The notes beneath the pieces were generated by a model that searched no databases, was not told the DNA's origin, and worked only from the letters and a program-made list of their open reading frames with translations. From contig CAWJQI010000004.1 of the NCBI GenBank assembly GCA_963845085.1, positions 480,001 to 544,000 on the forward strand: a stretch of 64,000 nt of DNA, written 5' to 3'. The position numbers and the translations under genes are program-made. Position 1 is the stretch's first letter. Each line of letters opens with the position of its first letter. Origin of the DNA: Candidatus Fermentibacterota bacterium. GTDB lineage: Bacteria; Fermentibacterota; Fermentibacteria; Fermentibacterales; JCC-6. Below, piece by piece: positions 10,383-19,465 of this stretch.

Positions 10383-12607
10383 CGCACCACCGCTATCCTG
10401 GAGGGAAAGACAACATCGCCGTACTTAACCAGTACCATGTACACGCCGGACGCTGCCCGAGCGCTGTCCAGTTCACCGTCCCAGGTCCACTGAGCAGGCG
10501 AGGGCGCCTCTTCCGCGCCGAGAAAGGCGCCGTCTACAGAATAGAACTCAACCCTGATCGGCAGCTGGTCGGCAACTCCCATGATGAGCATCCCCCCCTC
10601 TGAAGGAATGTAGGGCTGTGGATAGAAGACAGGGGATTCAGCCGTTCCTCCACCGCCGGTGGCAATGCTCCAGATCCCGTTCTCGGATGAAAACATTACC
10701 TCCCCCGAAGCAGGGTCTGTGATCGAGTACTCCTGGTCGGGGCGCGAGGATGGGATGTAACTGGAGTTCGAGGAGTCGTAGAAGTAGGTCTGGCTCCCCT
10801 CGACGCAGGTGACACCCGTGGTGCCGACGCACCAGATCCTGCCGGCCTGATCGGCGGCCATGGTCTTCACGGCGCCGTTGACCCCTGCGATGGAGGTGAA
10901 CTCGCCCGCGTTGAACCTGGCCAGCCCTGATGCCGTGCCAACGTAAACGCCGGCCCCCGGAACCGGCAAAACGCAGTAGACCTCGTTGGAGGGAAGGCCG
11001 CTCGCAACGGTGTACGCCTGATTGGGCGCCGGATACCAGGTGTCCGACGATGCATCCGACGGATCCCCGGAGTGAACGAGAAGCTGGCATCCCTGCCCGA
11101 GGGTGAAGGTGATCCACAGGCTGTCCGATCCCTGCGGGAAAACACCCCTCACGTCTTTTGCGGCAAGACCGTCAGAAGTTGTTCTGACCGCCCACTCCAT
11201 CTCCCGGGCTTCGGGATCTCCCCGGAAACCGGTTATGCCGCTCGGTTCGTCCGGAAACTGCCAGTAGGACTCGTGCGCTGACCAGACGCCCTGCCCCTGG
11301 CTGGCGAGCATGTTCACCTGGTTGTTCACAAGGTCCGACGGGACAACGATAGTCGCCGGGGGCACCGGGTTCTGCAGTGTGTCGCTGCAGAAGGTCAGCA
11401 GCATGTCGTCTCCGTCGTCCAGCGTTCCGTTGTCATCGACCCAGGTGAGACCGTAATGGTAGCTTGCGGCCCATACCCCGGGACCTGCCCAGTCGGTGGC
11501 GGCGAAAATCTGAAGGTTGTTCGGGAAACCGGAATTCTCTGCCGTGAAAACCCGCCAGCCCTCGCCAGGGTAGAAGGCCTGAAGCCCTCTGATGTAGGTG
11601 CCGGTGTAGGTCCTTCCGTCCGGTTCAACAACCAGCTGGAAAACGCTCATGCAGGGCATGCCCGGCAGTGTGCTGTTGAGCCATGCACCGTCCTGGCGGA
11701 GCAGGATACCCCTTCCCGCGACCTCCATCTGAGGGTTGACCACTCCGTAGCCCATCCAGAGGTTCCCATCAACGCTTCGAAGGAAACTCGGTGTGATGTC
11801 GCTTGGAATAGCAGGCGCGAGCAGTCCCCACCTTCCGTTCCTGTACTCGAGCACACCGCCGTTACGGGAGGCCACCAGCATTCCATCGAGCTCGGCGACG
11901 CCGGTCACGGTGGTGTCGTTCAGTGTGTAGTCAAGGGTGAGCTCGAAGTCATCCGCACCGGGTGCGAGGATCGCAACGCCCGAGCTTCCGTAGGCGCACA
12001 CGCCTTGTGAGGGAACCTCTATCCCGCGCAGGGAATAGCTCTGGGTGGCCTTCCAGTCCTTCCAGGCGGCAGGGTCGAACGGCGACATTCCGGTGTCCAA
12101 CGAGAAAACACCGCGATCCGTGACAAGCCAGAGGGAGTCGGAGCGCACAGCCATTCCGTAGACCCTGTCCGCGTTGAAAACCGTTCCCTCCTCGATCGGA
12201 ATGAAGCCCTGGGAGTCCCCGCGGGCAAGACCGCCGTCGCTGCCAACCCAGATGTAACCGCCCGCCTCTGCAACCGAGTAGACGTTGCCGCTGCCCGGGA
12301 TCCCTTCAAACGATGTGAAGAACGTGGTCTGACCGTCGGCGTAAAGAACCAGCCCGCCCTCGGTGGCCACCCACAGAAACCCCTGGGAGTCCTGGAAGAC
12401 TGAGCGCGTTCTGGGATGAGGAAGCTGATCCGGGTAGGAAAGGCTCTCGATCACCCCTTCCCCGTAGCGAAATCTGATAACTCCTCCCGTGGTGGCGCAC
12501 CACAGGCCGCCCTGGCCGTCCGAGCAGACCGAGCGCACGAATGTGGTCGAGGACATGAGGTCCCACTCGGGAAGGAGCGACATGACAAGCATCAGCAATG
12601 GAATCAT
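10379..12607 (-). CDS. Second PorZ-like beta-propeller protein with C-terminal T9SS-type domain
   Basis: Propeller repeats (LWVATEGGL, GLPSNEV). C-terminus has FYPQPY...WDG...ASGVY...RIAVVR. Shares motifs with 751-2895. Confidence 0.75.
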   Translation of the reverse strand: MIPLLMLVMSLLPEWDLMSSTTFVRSVCSDGQGGLWCATTGGVIRFRYGEGVIESLSYPDQLPHPRTRSVFQDSQGFLWVATEGGLVLYADGQTTFFTSFEGIPGSGNVYSVAEAGGYIWVGSDGGLARGDSQGFIPIEEGTVFNADRVYGMAVRSDSLWLVTDRGVFSLDTGMSPFDPAAWKDWKATQSYSLRGIEVPSQGVCAYGSSGVAILAPGADDFELTLDYTLNDTTVTGVAELDGMLVASRNGGVLEYRNGRWGLLAPAIPSDITPSFLRSVDGNLWMGYGVVNPQMEVAGRGILLRQDGAWLNSTLPGMPCMSVFQLVVEPDGRTYTGTYIRGLQAFYPGEGWRVFTAENSGFPNNLQIFAATDWAGPGVWAASYHYGLTWVDDNGTLDDGDDMLLTFCSDTLQNPVPPATIVVPSDLVNNQVNMLASQGQGVWSAHESYWQFPDEPSGITGFRGDPEAREMEWAVRTTSDGLAAKDVRGVFPQGSDSLWITFTLGQGCQLLVHSGDPSDASSDTWYPAPNQAYTVASGLPSNEVYCVLPVPGAGVYVGTASGLARFNAGEFTSIAGVNGAVKTMAADQAGRIWCVGTTGVTCVEGSQTYFYDSSNSSYIPSSRPDQEYSITDPASGEVMFSSENGIWSIATGGGGTAESPVFYPQPYIPSEGGMLIMGVADQLPIRVEFYSVDGAFLGAEEAPSPAQWTWDGELDSARAASGVYMVLVKYGDVVFPSRIAVVR

Positions 12608-12617
12608 CTCGGACCTT

Positions 12618-13325
12618 TCAGAACAGCCAGGGAAACCGCAGATGCCAGACCATCCACACAGCTTCCCAGACGATGGACTTGGACATCTTGCTCGTGCCGG
12701 AATGGCGGTCCACGAACACAATGGGCACCTCGGTGACAGTACACCCCTTCTTGACAAGCTTGTAGGTCACCTCGATCTGGAAGGAGTAACCGTCGGACTT
12801 TATGCCGTCAAGATCGAGCTGCGCCAGGGCACTTCTTCGGAAAGCCTTGAACCCCCCTGTGGCATCCTTGACCGGGAGACCTGTCACTATTTTGGTGTAC
12901 ATGTTTGCGGTGTAGGAAAGGATCAGCCTTGAAAGGGGCCAGTTAACAACGTTGACGCCGTTCGAATACCTTGACCCGATCGCAAAGTCCACCCCGTCGA
13001 GAGCCTTCACAAGCAGCGGAACCTTTGACGGATCGTGCGAGAAGTCAGCGTCCATCTGGACGACAGGGTCATAGATCCCCTGCGCGAGCGCCCACCTGAA
13101 CCCGGCAACGTAGGCCTGCCCGAGACCGCTCTTGACAGGGCGGGAAAGGAGGTGGACCCTGCCGGTGCCCGAATAGCCCTCTACCACCGCGCCGGTTCCG
13201 TCCGGGCTTGAATCATCCACCACAAGAACATCCGGGGAAAGGGGAAGATCAAGCAGCACAGGCAGAAGTTCAGCTATATTCCTGACTTCATTGTAGGTGG
13301 GTACGATTATCAGGGTTCTGCCCAC
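12618..13325 (-). CDS. Polyprenol-phosphate mannosyltransferase (DPM1-like GT2)
   Basis: IVPTYNE, VDDSSPDGT, GLGQAY, MDADFSH, GSRY and GYSFQIE motifs. Confidence 0.92.
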   Translation of the reverse strand: MGRTLIIVPTYNEVRNIAELLPVLLDLPLSPDVLVVDDSSPDGTGAVVEGYSGTGRVHLLSRPVKSGLGQAYVAGFRWALAQGIYDPVVQMDADFSHDPSKVPLLVKALDGVDFAIGSRYSNGVNVVNWPLSRLILSYTANMYTKIVTGLPVKDATGGFKAFRRSALAQLDLDGIKSDGYSFQIEVTYKLVKKGCTVTEVPIVFVDRHSGTSKMSKSIVWEAVWMVWHLRFPWLF

Positions 13326-13386
13326 GAGCCTGCCTTTCGATGATTGTTTTGACCAATATAACCCCGCGGAGGGGGAGAGGAAATTC

Positions 13387-14433
13387 TTGAAGACACTCCG
13401 CTGCCTTTTCTTCCTTTTGATCCTCGTGACCGCGAATACTCAGGCCCTTTCCCTATTCCCGACGGCGGGCTACAGTTCCGAAACCGGTCTTCTGCTGGGA
13501 GGAACCCTGATGGCCCCCATCCTCTCCCCCGACAGCCTTCAGACAGGCCTTTACACGATCGGAGCCTATTATGGCACATCCGGTGTGGTTTCGGTGAAGG
13601 CCGACGCGGTGCGCGCCATGTCCATGGGAGGCGTGAGGTTTTCGGGCCGATATCAGCGACTTCTGGAGGCCGACTGGTTCGGGTGGGGCAACCGGACCGA
13701 CCCCGACACTTCCGCGGTTATGGACTTCGAAAAACAGAACCTGTCAATTCTTTTCAGCAGGGTGCTGGCCCCCGGGCTCATGTTCCAGGCAGGCATCTCC
13801 GCCCGGCACACCACCGTCTACGACAGGGAGGAGAGCGAACTCTGGGAGAGGGCGCCTTCGACGAGGTTCGGTTCGACCTGGACACTCGGACCCGATGCGG
13901 GGATCAGCCTCGGCGGGGGAGGCATCGAGGGGTTTCGCTGGAGCGCAGGGCTCTCGGGCTCCTGCCAGACCGGAGACGTCACATACGGGTGCATCACATC
14001 GCAGTTCTCGGCCTGGGTGCCGGCACCCGGAAGGCTTGAACTTGGAGTGTCAGCGACAGCTGCGCGCCACTACGGAACAGCCGACACCCCGATACCCTTC
14101 ATGCCATCGCTCGGCCAGTCACAGGGGTTCCGGGGCTACAGCGATTTCAGGTTCACGGGTCCCGTATTGTTGCTCTGTTCTGCCGAGATCAGGAAAATGC
14201 TCCTGACAATCAGTGTTCCTGTCTTCAACCAGCCCTGGCAGGCGGGCGTTGCGGTTTTCGCCGACGCGGGTCAGGTTGCGGATTCGATCTCAGGCCTTGC
14301 ATTTGGAAGATTTCATGGTGATGCAGGCGCAGGGCTCAGGCTGCTCACACAGGACCGCCTCATGTTGAAGTTTGACGGTGCCTGGGGTGATGAGGGCCTC
14401 TGCATCAGCGCCGGCGTCGAGAATCCTTTCTAA
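13387..14433 (+). CDS. Omp85/BamA-TamA-family barrel-only outer membrane protein
   Basis: Signal peptide, YSSETG start motif, FRGY..RF lid-lock motif, VFADAGQV, terminal Phe. TTG start after a GGAGAGG RBS. Confidence 0.75.
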   Translation: MKTLRCLFFLLILVTANTQALSLFPTAGYSSETGLLLGGTLMAPILSPDSLQTGLYTIGAYYGTSGVVSVKADAVRAMSMGGVRFSGRYQRLLEADWFGWGNRTDPDTSAVMDFEKQNLSILFSRVLAPGLMFQAGISARHTTVYDREESELWERAPSTRFGSTWTLGPDAGISLGGGGIEGFRWSAGLSGSCQTGDVTYGCITSQFSAWVPAPGRLELGVSATAARHYGTADTPIPFMPSLGQSQGFRGYSDFRFTGPVLLLCSAEIRKMLLTISVPVFNQPWQAGVAVFADAGQVADSISGLAFGRFHGDAGAGLRLLTQDRLMLKFDGAWGDEGLCISAGVENPF

Positions 14434-14449
14434 CCGATTGGGAGACTGT

Positions 14450-16774
14450 ATGAAAAGGCTCTGTTTCCTTGTTCTCCTCTTGTCATGGTCAGCAACGGCC
14501 CTGCCCCTCGACCCTCTTCCGGGCAATCCGGTCCCGTTCAGGTTCAGCGCATACCCCGAGGCTTCAGGCGCGCTTTTCACAAATCCGGCTGGTTTCCCCT
14601 GGTTGAAGTTTCAGGACATGACAGTCTCCTGGTCATTCACCGACTCAACCTGGGAAGGGTTGGACGGCGTCAGCCTGCAGGGAGAGCAGGGCGGTCTGGG
14701 AGGCTGGTGGGAGGACAGGTTGAGCCTGAGGCGATTCGACACCGGCGCCGGAATAAGGGCAAGCGAGAGCTTAACATTTGGTACCGGGTTCTCCTGGTAC
14801 GACCCGACCGTGAGCGGCCATCCACTCGACGGCGCCACTTTCTTCACCCTCGGTGCCTGCCTCAGGCCTTCGAACCAGCTGGGCGCAGGCCTTGTCTTTC
14901 GAAGCGCTGTGAAGGACTACGACCAGCACATGGCTGCCGGCCTCGCCCTGCGTCCGATGGGCAATCTTTTCACTGTTACCGGAGACTGGGCGTGGAGTGA
15001 ATGGAATCCGGACGAAGGTGACTGGCAGGCCGGGCTCGAGGTCGTTCCGGTTCCCGGCTTCACCTTCAGGGGAAGCTTCTCCGAGGACCTGGTGACTGCC
15101 GGGCTTCAGATCGACTTCCAGCAGGTGAGCAACAGGAACGCAGTATCTTTCAGCGACGGATCGTATCAGGGTGGAACCGGCAGCCTCAGCATTCTCAGCA
15201 GGCAGGCTGACTGCGCTCTCAACCCGTCGGGAAGCTTCATGGAATTCCATGCCGAACACACCTCGGAAGAACCGTCGCGAAGTTTTTTGGGTCCCAGGAC
15301 CCCTTCCTTCTCGGAACAGATGGTTCTTCTTCGCAGGGCATCAGCAGACCCGGAGGTTCCGGGCCTGTTGGTCGACTACTCCAACTGCTCCTTGAACGCT
15401 TCACAGAATGAGGAACTCCGGGAGATCATGGTTCGCTTCCGGCAGGCAGGGAAACCGGTTTTTGCATTTCTTGAGTACGCCGGCACGTCTACCTACTACA
15501 GTGCGGCGGCCGCACGCAGGATATGCATGCACCCTGCCGGTCAGATCAGCGTCAGCGGCTTCACTTCATACACTCCGTTCCTCAGGGGTTTTCTCGACAA
15601 GCTGGGTGTGTACCCCGATCTGATGCACATTGGTGACTTTAAAAGTGCCAGTGACATGCTGACCCGTACCGACATGACCGATGCCCAGCGGGAAGCCACC
15701 CGCGCCCTTCTTCTCAGCGCACGGAACGAGATTGTGAGAGGGCTCGGCGATGGCAGGGGCTACGAACCGGCCCAGGTGCTCTCGCTCTTCACATCATCGC
15801 CCTACTGGGGCATAAGGGCCAGGCAGATGAGCCTTGTCGACACGCTCATACATCCCGACCAGTTCCATGAATTCGTCGAGGGCGAGATCGGCGAGAGCAT
15901 GTCCGTTGTTTCGCCGCAGGAGTACGGCTCGACCATCCCGCCTTCCGGCGACTGGCTCCCCGATCCGCGGGTTGCCGTTGTCGTTGCGACCGGCAACATC
16001 GTAAACGGTGAGAGCGGGGGGTCCATACTCGGGGCAAACATGGGCAGCGACACCATTGTCAGGCTCCTTGAAGAAGCGGCTGAGGCCAGCGGTGTGAAGG
16101 CTCTGGTCCTGCGAATCGATTCCGGAGGCGGCGACGCCATGGCCAGCGACGACATGAACAGGGCCGTCCAGCGCATCCGCGAGCGCATGCCTGTTGTGGT
16201 CAGCATGGGGTCGGTAGCAGCAAGCGGAGGCTACTACATGGCGTGCGGTGCTGACGCGATTTTCGCTGACAGGCTGACCGTGACAGGTTCGATAGGTATC
16301 ATCACGGGAAAGTTCGTCTACGGTGACCTGCTGGAACGGCTTGGCATTAATGTTGAAAGCGTTTCCATCGATCCCTCGGGAGACCCGGGCAACCCGTTTG
16401 AACCCTACACCGAAGATGAATGGACGAGGGAATTCGACGCCATGCGCGGCGGTTATGAACTTTTCGTAAACACCGTAGCCCGGGGCAGGGGCATGTCGTT
16501 CGAGCAGGTTGATTCCATTGGCCAGGGCAGGGTCTGGTCGGGATCCGACGCCCTCGAGCTCGGGCTGGTCGACTACAATGGGGGCGTCGCTGATGCCGTG
16601 ATGCACGCAGCAGGTCTTGCCGGAATTGAAGACCGTTTCCCGGAAATAGTCGTTTTCCCCGAACCGTCGCCGTTCGGCTCCTTCTCCACCGGTCTTCCGT
16701 CTCTCTCAACCCTCGCCTCCCACCCGCTTTTCACCGGTGGCGGCTACATCTACCTGGGGGACGGACTTAGATAG
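14450..16774 (+). CDS. sppA: Signal peptide peptidase SppA (67K type) with extra N-terminal beta-barrel-like domain
   Basis: GDFKSA (catalytic Lys), RIDSGGG, AASGGY (catalytic Ser), TGSIG and GRVWSG motifs. The first ~260 aa have an NPAG motif and amphipathic strands. Confidence 0.9.
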   Translation: MKRLCFLVLLLSWSATALPLDPLPGNPVPFRFSAYPEASGALFTNPAGFPWLKFQDMTVSWSFTDSTWEGLDGVSLQGEQGGLGGWWEDRLSLRRFDTGAGIRASESLTFGTGFSWYDPTVSGHPLDGATFFTLGACLRPSNQLGAGLVFRSAVKDYDQHMAAGLALRPMGNLFTVTGDWAWSEWNPDEGDWQAGLEVVPVPGFTFRGSFSEDLVTAGLQIDFQQVSNRNAVSFSDGSYQGGTGSLSILSRQADCALNPSGSFMEFHAEHTSEEPSRSFLGPRTPSFSEQMVLLRRASADPEVPGLLVDYSNCSLNASQNEELREIMVRFRQAGKPVFAFLEYAGTSTYYSAAAARRICMHPAGQISVSGFTSYTPFLRGFLDKLGVYPDLMHIGDFKSASDMLTRTDMTDAQREATRALLLSARNEIVRGLGDGRGYEPAQVLSLFTSSPYWGIRARQMSLVDTLIHPDQFHEFVEGEIGESMSVVSPQEYGSTIPPSGDWLPDPRVAVVVATGNIVNGESGGSILGANMGSDTIVRLLEEAAEASGVKALVLRIDSGGGDAMASDDMNRAVQRIRERMPVVVSMGSVAASGGYYMACGADAIFADRLTVTGSIGIITGKFVYGDLLERLGINVESVSIDPSGDPGNPFEPYTEDEWTREFDAMRGGYELFVNTVARGRGMSFEQVDSIGQGRVWSGSDALELGLVDYNGGVADAVMHAAGLAGIEDRFPEIVVFPEPSPFGSFSTGLPSLSTLASHPLFTGGGYIYLGDGLR

Positions 16775-16895
16775 ATTAGTTTGTTGCAGTAACTACAACT
16801 CCATCACCAGGATACAGAAGAAGCAGCGTACTTTCACAAAACATTAGTACGCTGCTTCTTACTGCAACAAACTAATCTATCTAAGTCCGTCCCCC
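16756..16895. repeat. 140-bp palindromic element (REP/MITE-like) with perfect 37-bp terminal inverted repeats and an inner 15-bp inverted repeat
   Basis: 16756-16792 (gggggacggacttagatagattagtttgttgcagtaa) is the exact reverse complement of 16859-16895. 16818-16832 pairs perfectly with 16846-16860. Confidence 0.9.
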
Positions 16896-18005
16896 TCCCA
16901 TCAAAATGCGGGCGACTTCGGGACGGGTGAATTCGACCGGGGGGAGCTCGCCGGCGGCGAGCATCGTCCTGACCTTTGTTCCCGAAAGGAACACGTGATG
17001 GCTCGGATCGTGGGGGCAGGTACGGGATGTTGCCATGCTGCCGCATGTCCTGCAGAAGAAGGAGTGCTCGAACCGGAGGGGAATGATGCCGATCTCGGAT
17101 GGGTCGAACTCATCGAAGATCAATTGGGCATCGTAAGTGCCGTAGTAGTTCCCCACCCCGGCATGATCACGGCCGACAATGAAATGCGTGCAGCCGTAAT
17201 TCTTTCTGGCTATCGCATGGAACACGGCCTCGCGCGGACCGGCGTATCTCATCGCTGCGGGAAAGACGGACAGTGCGGTCCGGTTTTCAGGGAAGTACCC
17301 CGACAGGAGTTCGGTATAGCACCTCATCCTGACTTCAGCCGGAATATCACCCTCTTTTGTATCCCCTACGAGTGGATGGACAAGAAGGCCGTCGACCACC
17401 TCCATGGCACACTTCTGAATGTACTCGTGAGCCCTGTGGATCGGGTTGCGGGTCTGAAAGGCGACGATCGTCTTCCACCCCTTTTTCTCGAAAAGCAGGC
17501 GGGTCTCACCGGGGTTCAGCCGGTACTCGCGGAAGGGCTCGGAGTCACGGCTGTCGACCGCCAGCACCTCGCCCCCGATGCACCTGTCCGACAGGCCGCC
17601 AAGGTATTCGACTCCGGGATGGGCGGGATCGGTCGTGAGAAGAGTGGTCTGCGCTTCATGGAGGAGGTTGCGCCTGAAAACCTCGGTGACAGTGATGACG
17701 CCCTTCACGTTTCCGTTACGGCACAGGACGGCCCTGTCTCCGGGAACCACATCCGGGTCGCCGGCTTTTGCTGAAAACGTTACGGGCAGGCTGAAAACCG
17801 TGCCATCGGACAAACGCATCCTCTCAAGAACGCTTTCGTAGTCCGGCGCCGTCATGAAGCCCGAGAGTGGGCTGAGAGCCCCGCAACCGATCATTTCGAG
17901 ATCGCTCGTTTCACGGGAGTCGAGGTGAAGTACGGGAAGGTCTTTGGGAACCGCTTCTAGAGCGATTGATCTGTCGATCAGCTTACCGCCGTGGGGCTCA
18001 ATCAT
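16881..18005 (-). CDS. sat: Sulfate adenylyltransferase (ATP sulfurylase)
   Basis: PHGGKL, FQTRNPIHRAH, YAGPREA, GRDHAG and LSGTKVR motifs; Zn-site CxxC. Confidence 0.97.
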   Translation of the reverse strand: MIEPHGGKLIDRSIALEAVPKDLPVLHLDSRETSDLEMIGCGALSPLSGFMTAPDYESVLERMRLSDGTVFSLPVTFSAKAGDPDVVPGDRAVLCRNGNVKGVITVTEVFRRNLLHEAQTTLLTTDPAHPGVEYLGGLSDRCIGGEVLAVDSRDSEPFREYRLNPGETRLLFEKKGWKTIVAFQTRNPIHRAHEYIQKCAMEVVDGLLVHPLVGDTKEGDIPAEVRMRCYTELLSGYFPENRTALSVFPAAMRYAGPREAVFHAIARKNYGCTHFIVGRDHAGVGNYYGTYDAQLIFDEFDPSEIGIIPLRFEHSFFCRTCGSMATSRTCPHDPSHHVFLSGTKVRTMLAAGELPPVEFTRPEVARILMGGGRT

Positions 18006-18034
18006 TGCTGTGCAATCCTTAGTGTTTTACGGTT

Positions 18035-18652
18035 TCAGGGAGTGTATCTCTCCGGAGCAATTGTTCGCGTAGCGCAGGCTTGATTCAGAAGGTCCCGGAT
18101 CATCCCCTCGAGGGGGATCCGTTCCCACTCCTCATAGTAGCGGGCGGCAACAGCGCCGTTGGAATCGATTATCAGAACTGCAGGCAGGGCACTCACCCCG
18201 AACAGCCTGGTCACGGATGAGTCCGGATCAAGAATGATCGGGCAGAGGAGCGGCCAGTGTGCCGCATCCTCCGCCGAGCCCATGCCTGTGGCAACCACGA
18301 TGCATGCAACAGGGGATTCGTTGAACTGCAAGGCTATCTCTTCCATGCGGTTCACGTCCCGAAGATCGGCCAGCCTGGTCAGGCTGTTGAACAGAACCAC
18401 TACCACATGACCCTTCAGCTCCTGGAACAGGCTGATGTGGCCGGGAACGTTCACCCACGTGCACCCGATGGGGAAGTCCGGCGCAAGGTTGTGCCGGAGC
18501 ACCTGTGTCGCTTCGGGCTGCATGCGGAAAAGAAACCCCGCCAGCACGGCAAACGCCGCAACCGCCAAGGCGAAGAAAAACGCGTTCCGTGCTTTTTCCC
18601 TTGAGTATTCACTCTCCGGAAGATCACTCTTCCGAGGACGGAAAAGAGCCAA
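18035..18652 (-). CDS. Membrane-anchored redoxin/TlpA-fold protein lacking CxxC
   Basis: TM anchor, APDF...LKGHVVVVLF, ILDPD...FGVSALPAVLIID. The active-site position reads NSLTRLAD. Confidence 0.65.
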   Translation of the reverse strand: MALFRPRKSDLPESEYSREKARNAFFFALAVAAFAVLAGFLFRMQPEATQVLRHNLAPDFPIGCTWVNVPGHISLFQELKGHVVVVLFNSLTRLADLRDVNRMEEIALQFNESPVACIVVATGMGSAEDAAHWPLLCPIILDPDSSVTRLFGVSALPAVLIIDSNGAVAARYYEEWERIPLEGMIRDLLNQACATRTIAPERYTP

Positions 18653-18655
18653 AAG

Positions 18656-18985
18656 CTACCTACCGATCATCCTTCCAAGAAGAAAGGCAAGGGGGGTCCA
18701 GATGATTGAGGTTCCGAAGAAGAAAAGCCACCCGTTCTTCACGAATTCGATCTCGCCGTGATGAAGGGAAAGCACTGCAAGAGAGCTCCACCCGATCAGC
18801 ATAAGGCCGAGGATCGTGCTCTCGACCCTGCCGGGATTGGCCGCGATCACAGCAATGCCGGAAGCGGCGAATATCACGGGCCACCAGCGGCCGAGGTTGA
18901 ACCCCATCCCCATCAGAAGGAAAACTATTCCCAGACCGAACGCGATGATGGTGAAGACAACCAGTCCCCTGGTAATCGCCTTCAT
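18656..18985 (-). CDS. Small 4-TM membrane protein (LiaF/LiaI-like N-terminus)
   Basis: Hydrophobic, has a RWWPVI motif, sits in an operon. Confidence 0.6.
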   Translation of the reverse strand: MKAITRGLVVFTIIAFGLGIVFLLMGMGFNLGRWWPVIFAASGIAVIAANPGRVESTILGLMLIGWSSLAVLSLHHGEIEFVKNGWLFFFGTSIIWTPLAFLLGRMIGR

Positions 18986-18991
18986 TGCAGC

Positions 18992-19465
18992 CTACCTTTC
19001 GGACTCGGCGGGCGGGGTGAGCCTGGTGAGATCGACCAGCCACCTTTCCCCGCACAGTTCAACACCCACCTCCTGCGTCCCCGAGGCTGTCGAGAGCACA
19101 ACCACGCTCTGCGAGTCGGAGACGTGCTCTACCGATTTAACGGTTCCGGAGAGGTTTCCGCACTCGGGACTCTCCGCCACCATTCGCATGAACAGACCAC
19201 GGCCATCGATCCCGGCGAACTCTTCGGGGGTCAACCCCCCGACAAGTGAGTCGAGCGCGCTCCGGGATTCCTCGTACCCGAACCTCTGAAGCACCACAAC
19301 CGTTGAATCATAAACCGCCTGGGTCGACGGAGTGAGAAGGTCCCAGGCTTCCCCGTACGAACCGTTCTCAAGATCGAGGACAAAGGCCTTGACCACCTGG
19401 GCCGCAGGATCCTGGCCACACCCGAGAACGAGCGCGATGAAAACGAAAGCAATCCTTTTCATCAT
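18992..19465 (-). CDS. Hypothetical lipoprotein
   Basis: Lipobox LVLGC; DP..VV..F...YGEAWDLL pattern (NTF2-like). Confidence 0.65.
   Translation of the reverse strand: MMKRIAFVFIALVLGCGQDPAAQVVKAFVLDLENGSYGEAWDLLTPSTQAVYDSTVVVLQRFGYEESRSALDSLVGGLTPEEFAGIDGRGLFMRMVAESPECGNLSGTVKSVEHVSDSQSVVVLSTASGTQEVGVELCGERWLVDLTRLTPPAESER

Noticed and set aside
16756..16895. The 37-bp repeats considered as a CRISPR mini-array
   Set aside because: The repeats are inverted, not direct. There are only two, and no cas genes are present.
18652..18994. Consecutive same-frame ORFs separated only by AGG-TAG (18656 and 18992; also 34712-34718), suggesting pyrrolysine or amber read-through
   Set aside because: Each downstream ORF has its own start codon and N-terminus, and the domains are unrelated. 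AGGTAG plausibly doubles as the Shine-Dalgarno for translational coupling. No pyl genes are in the window.
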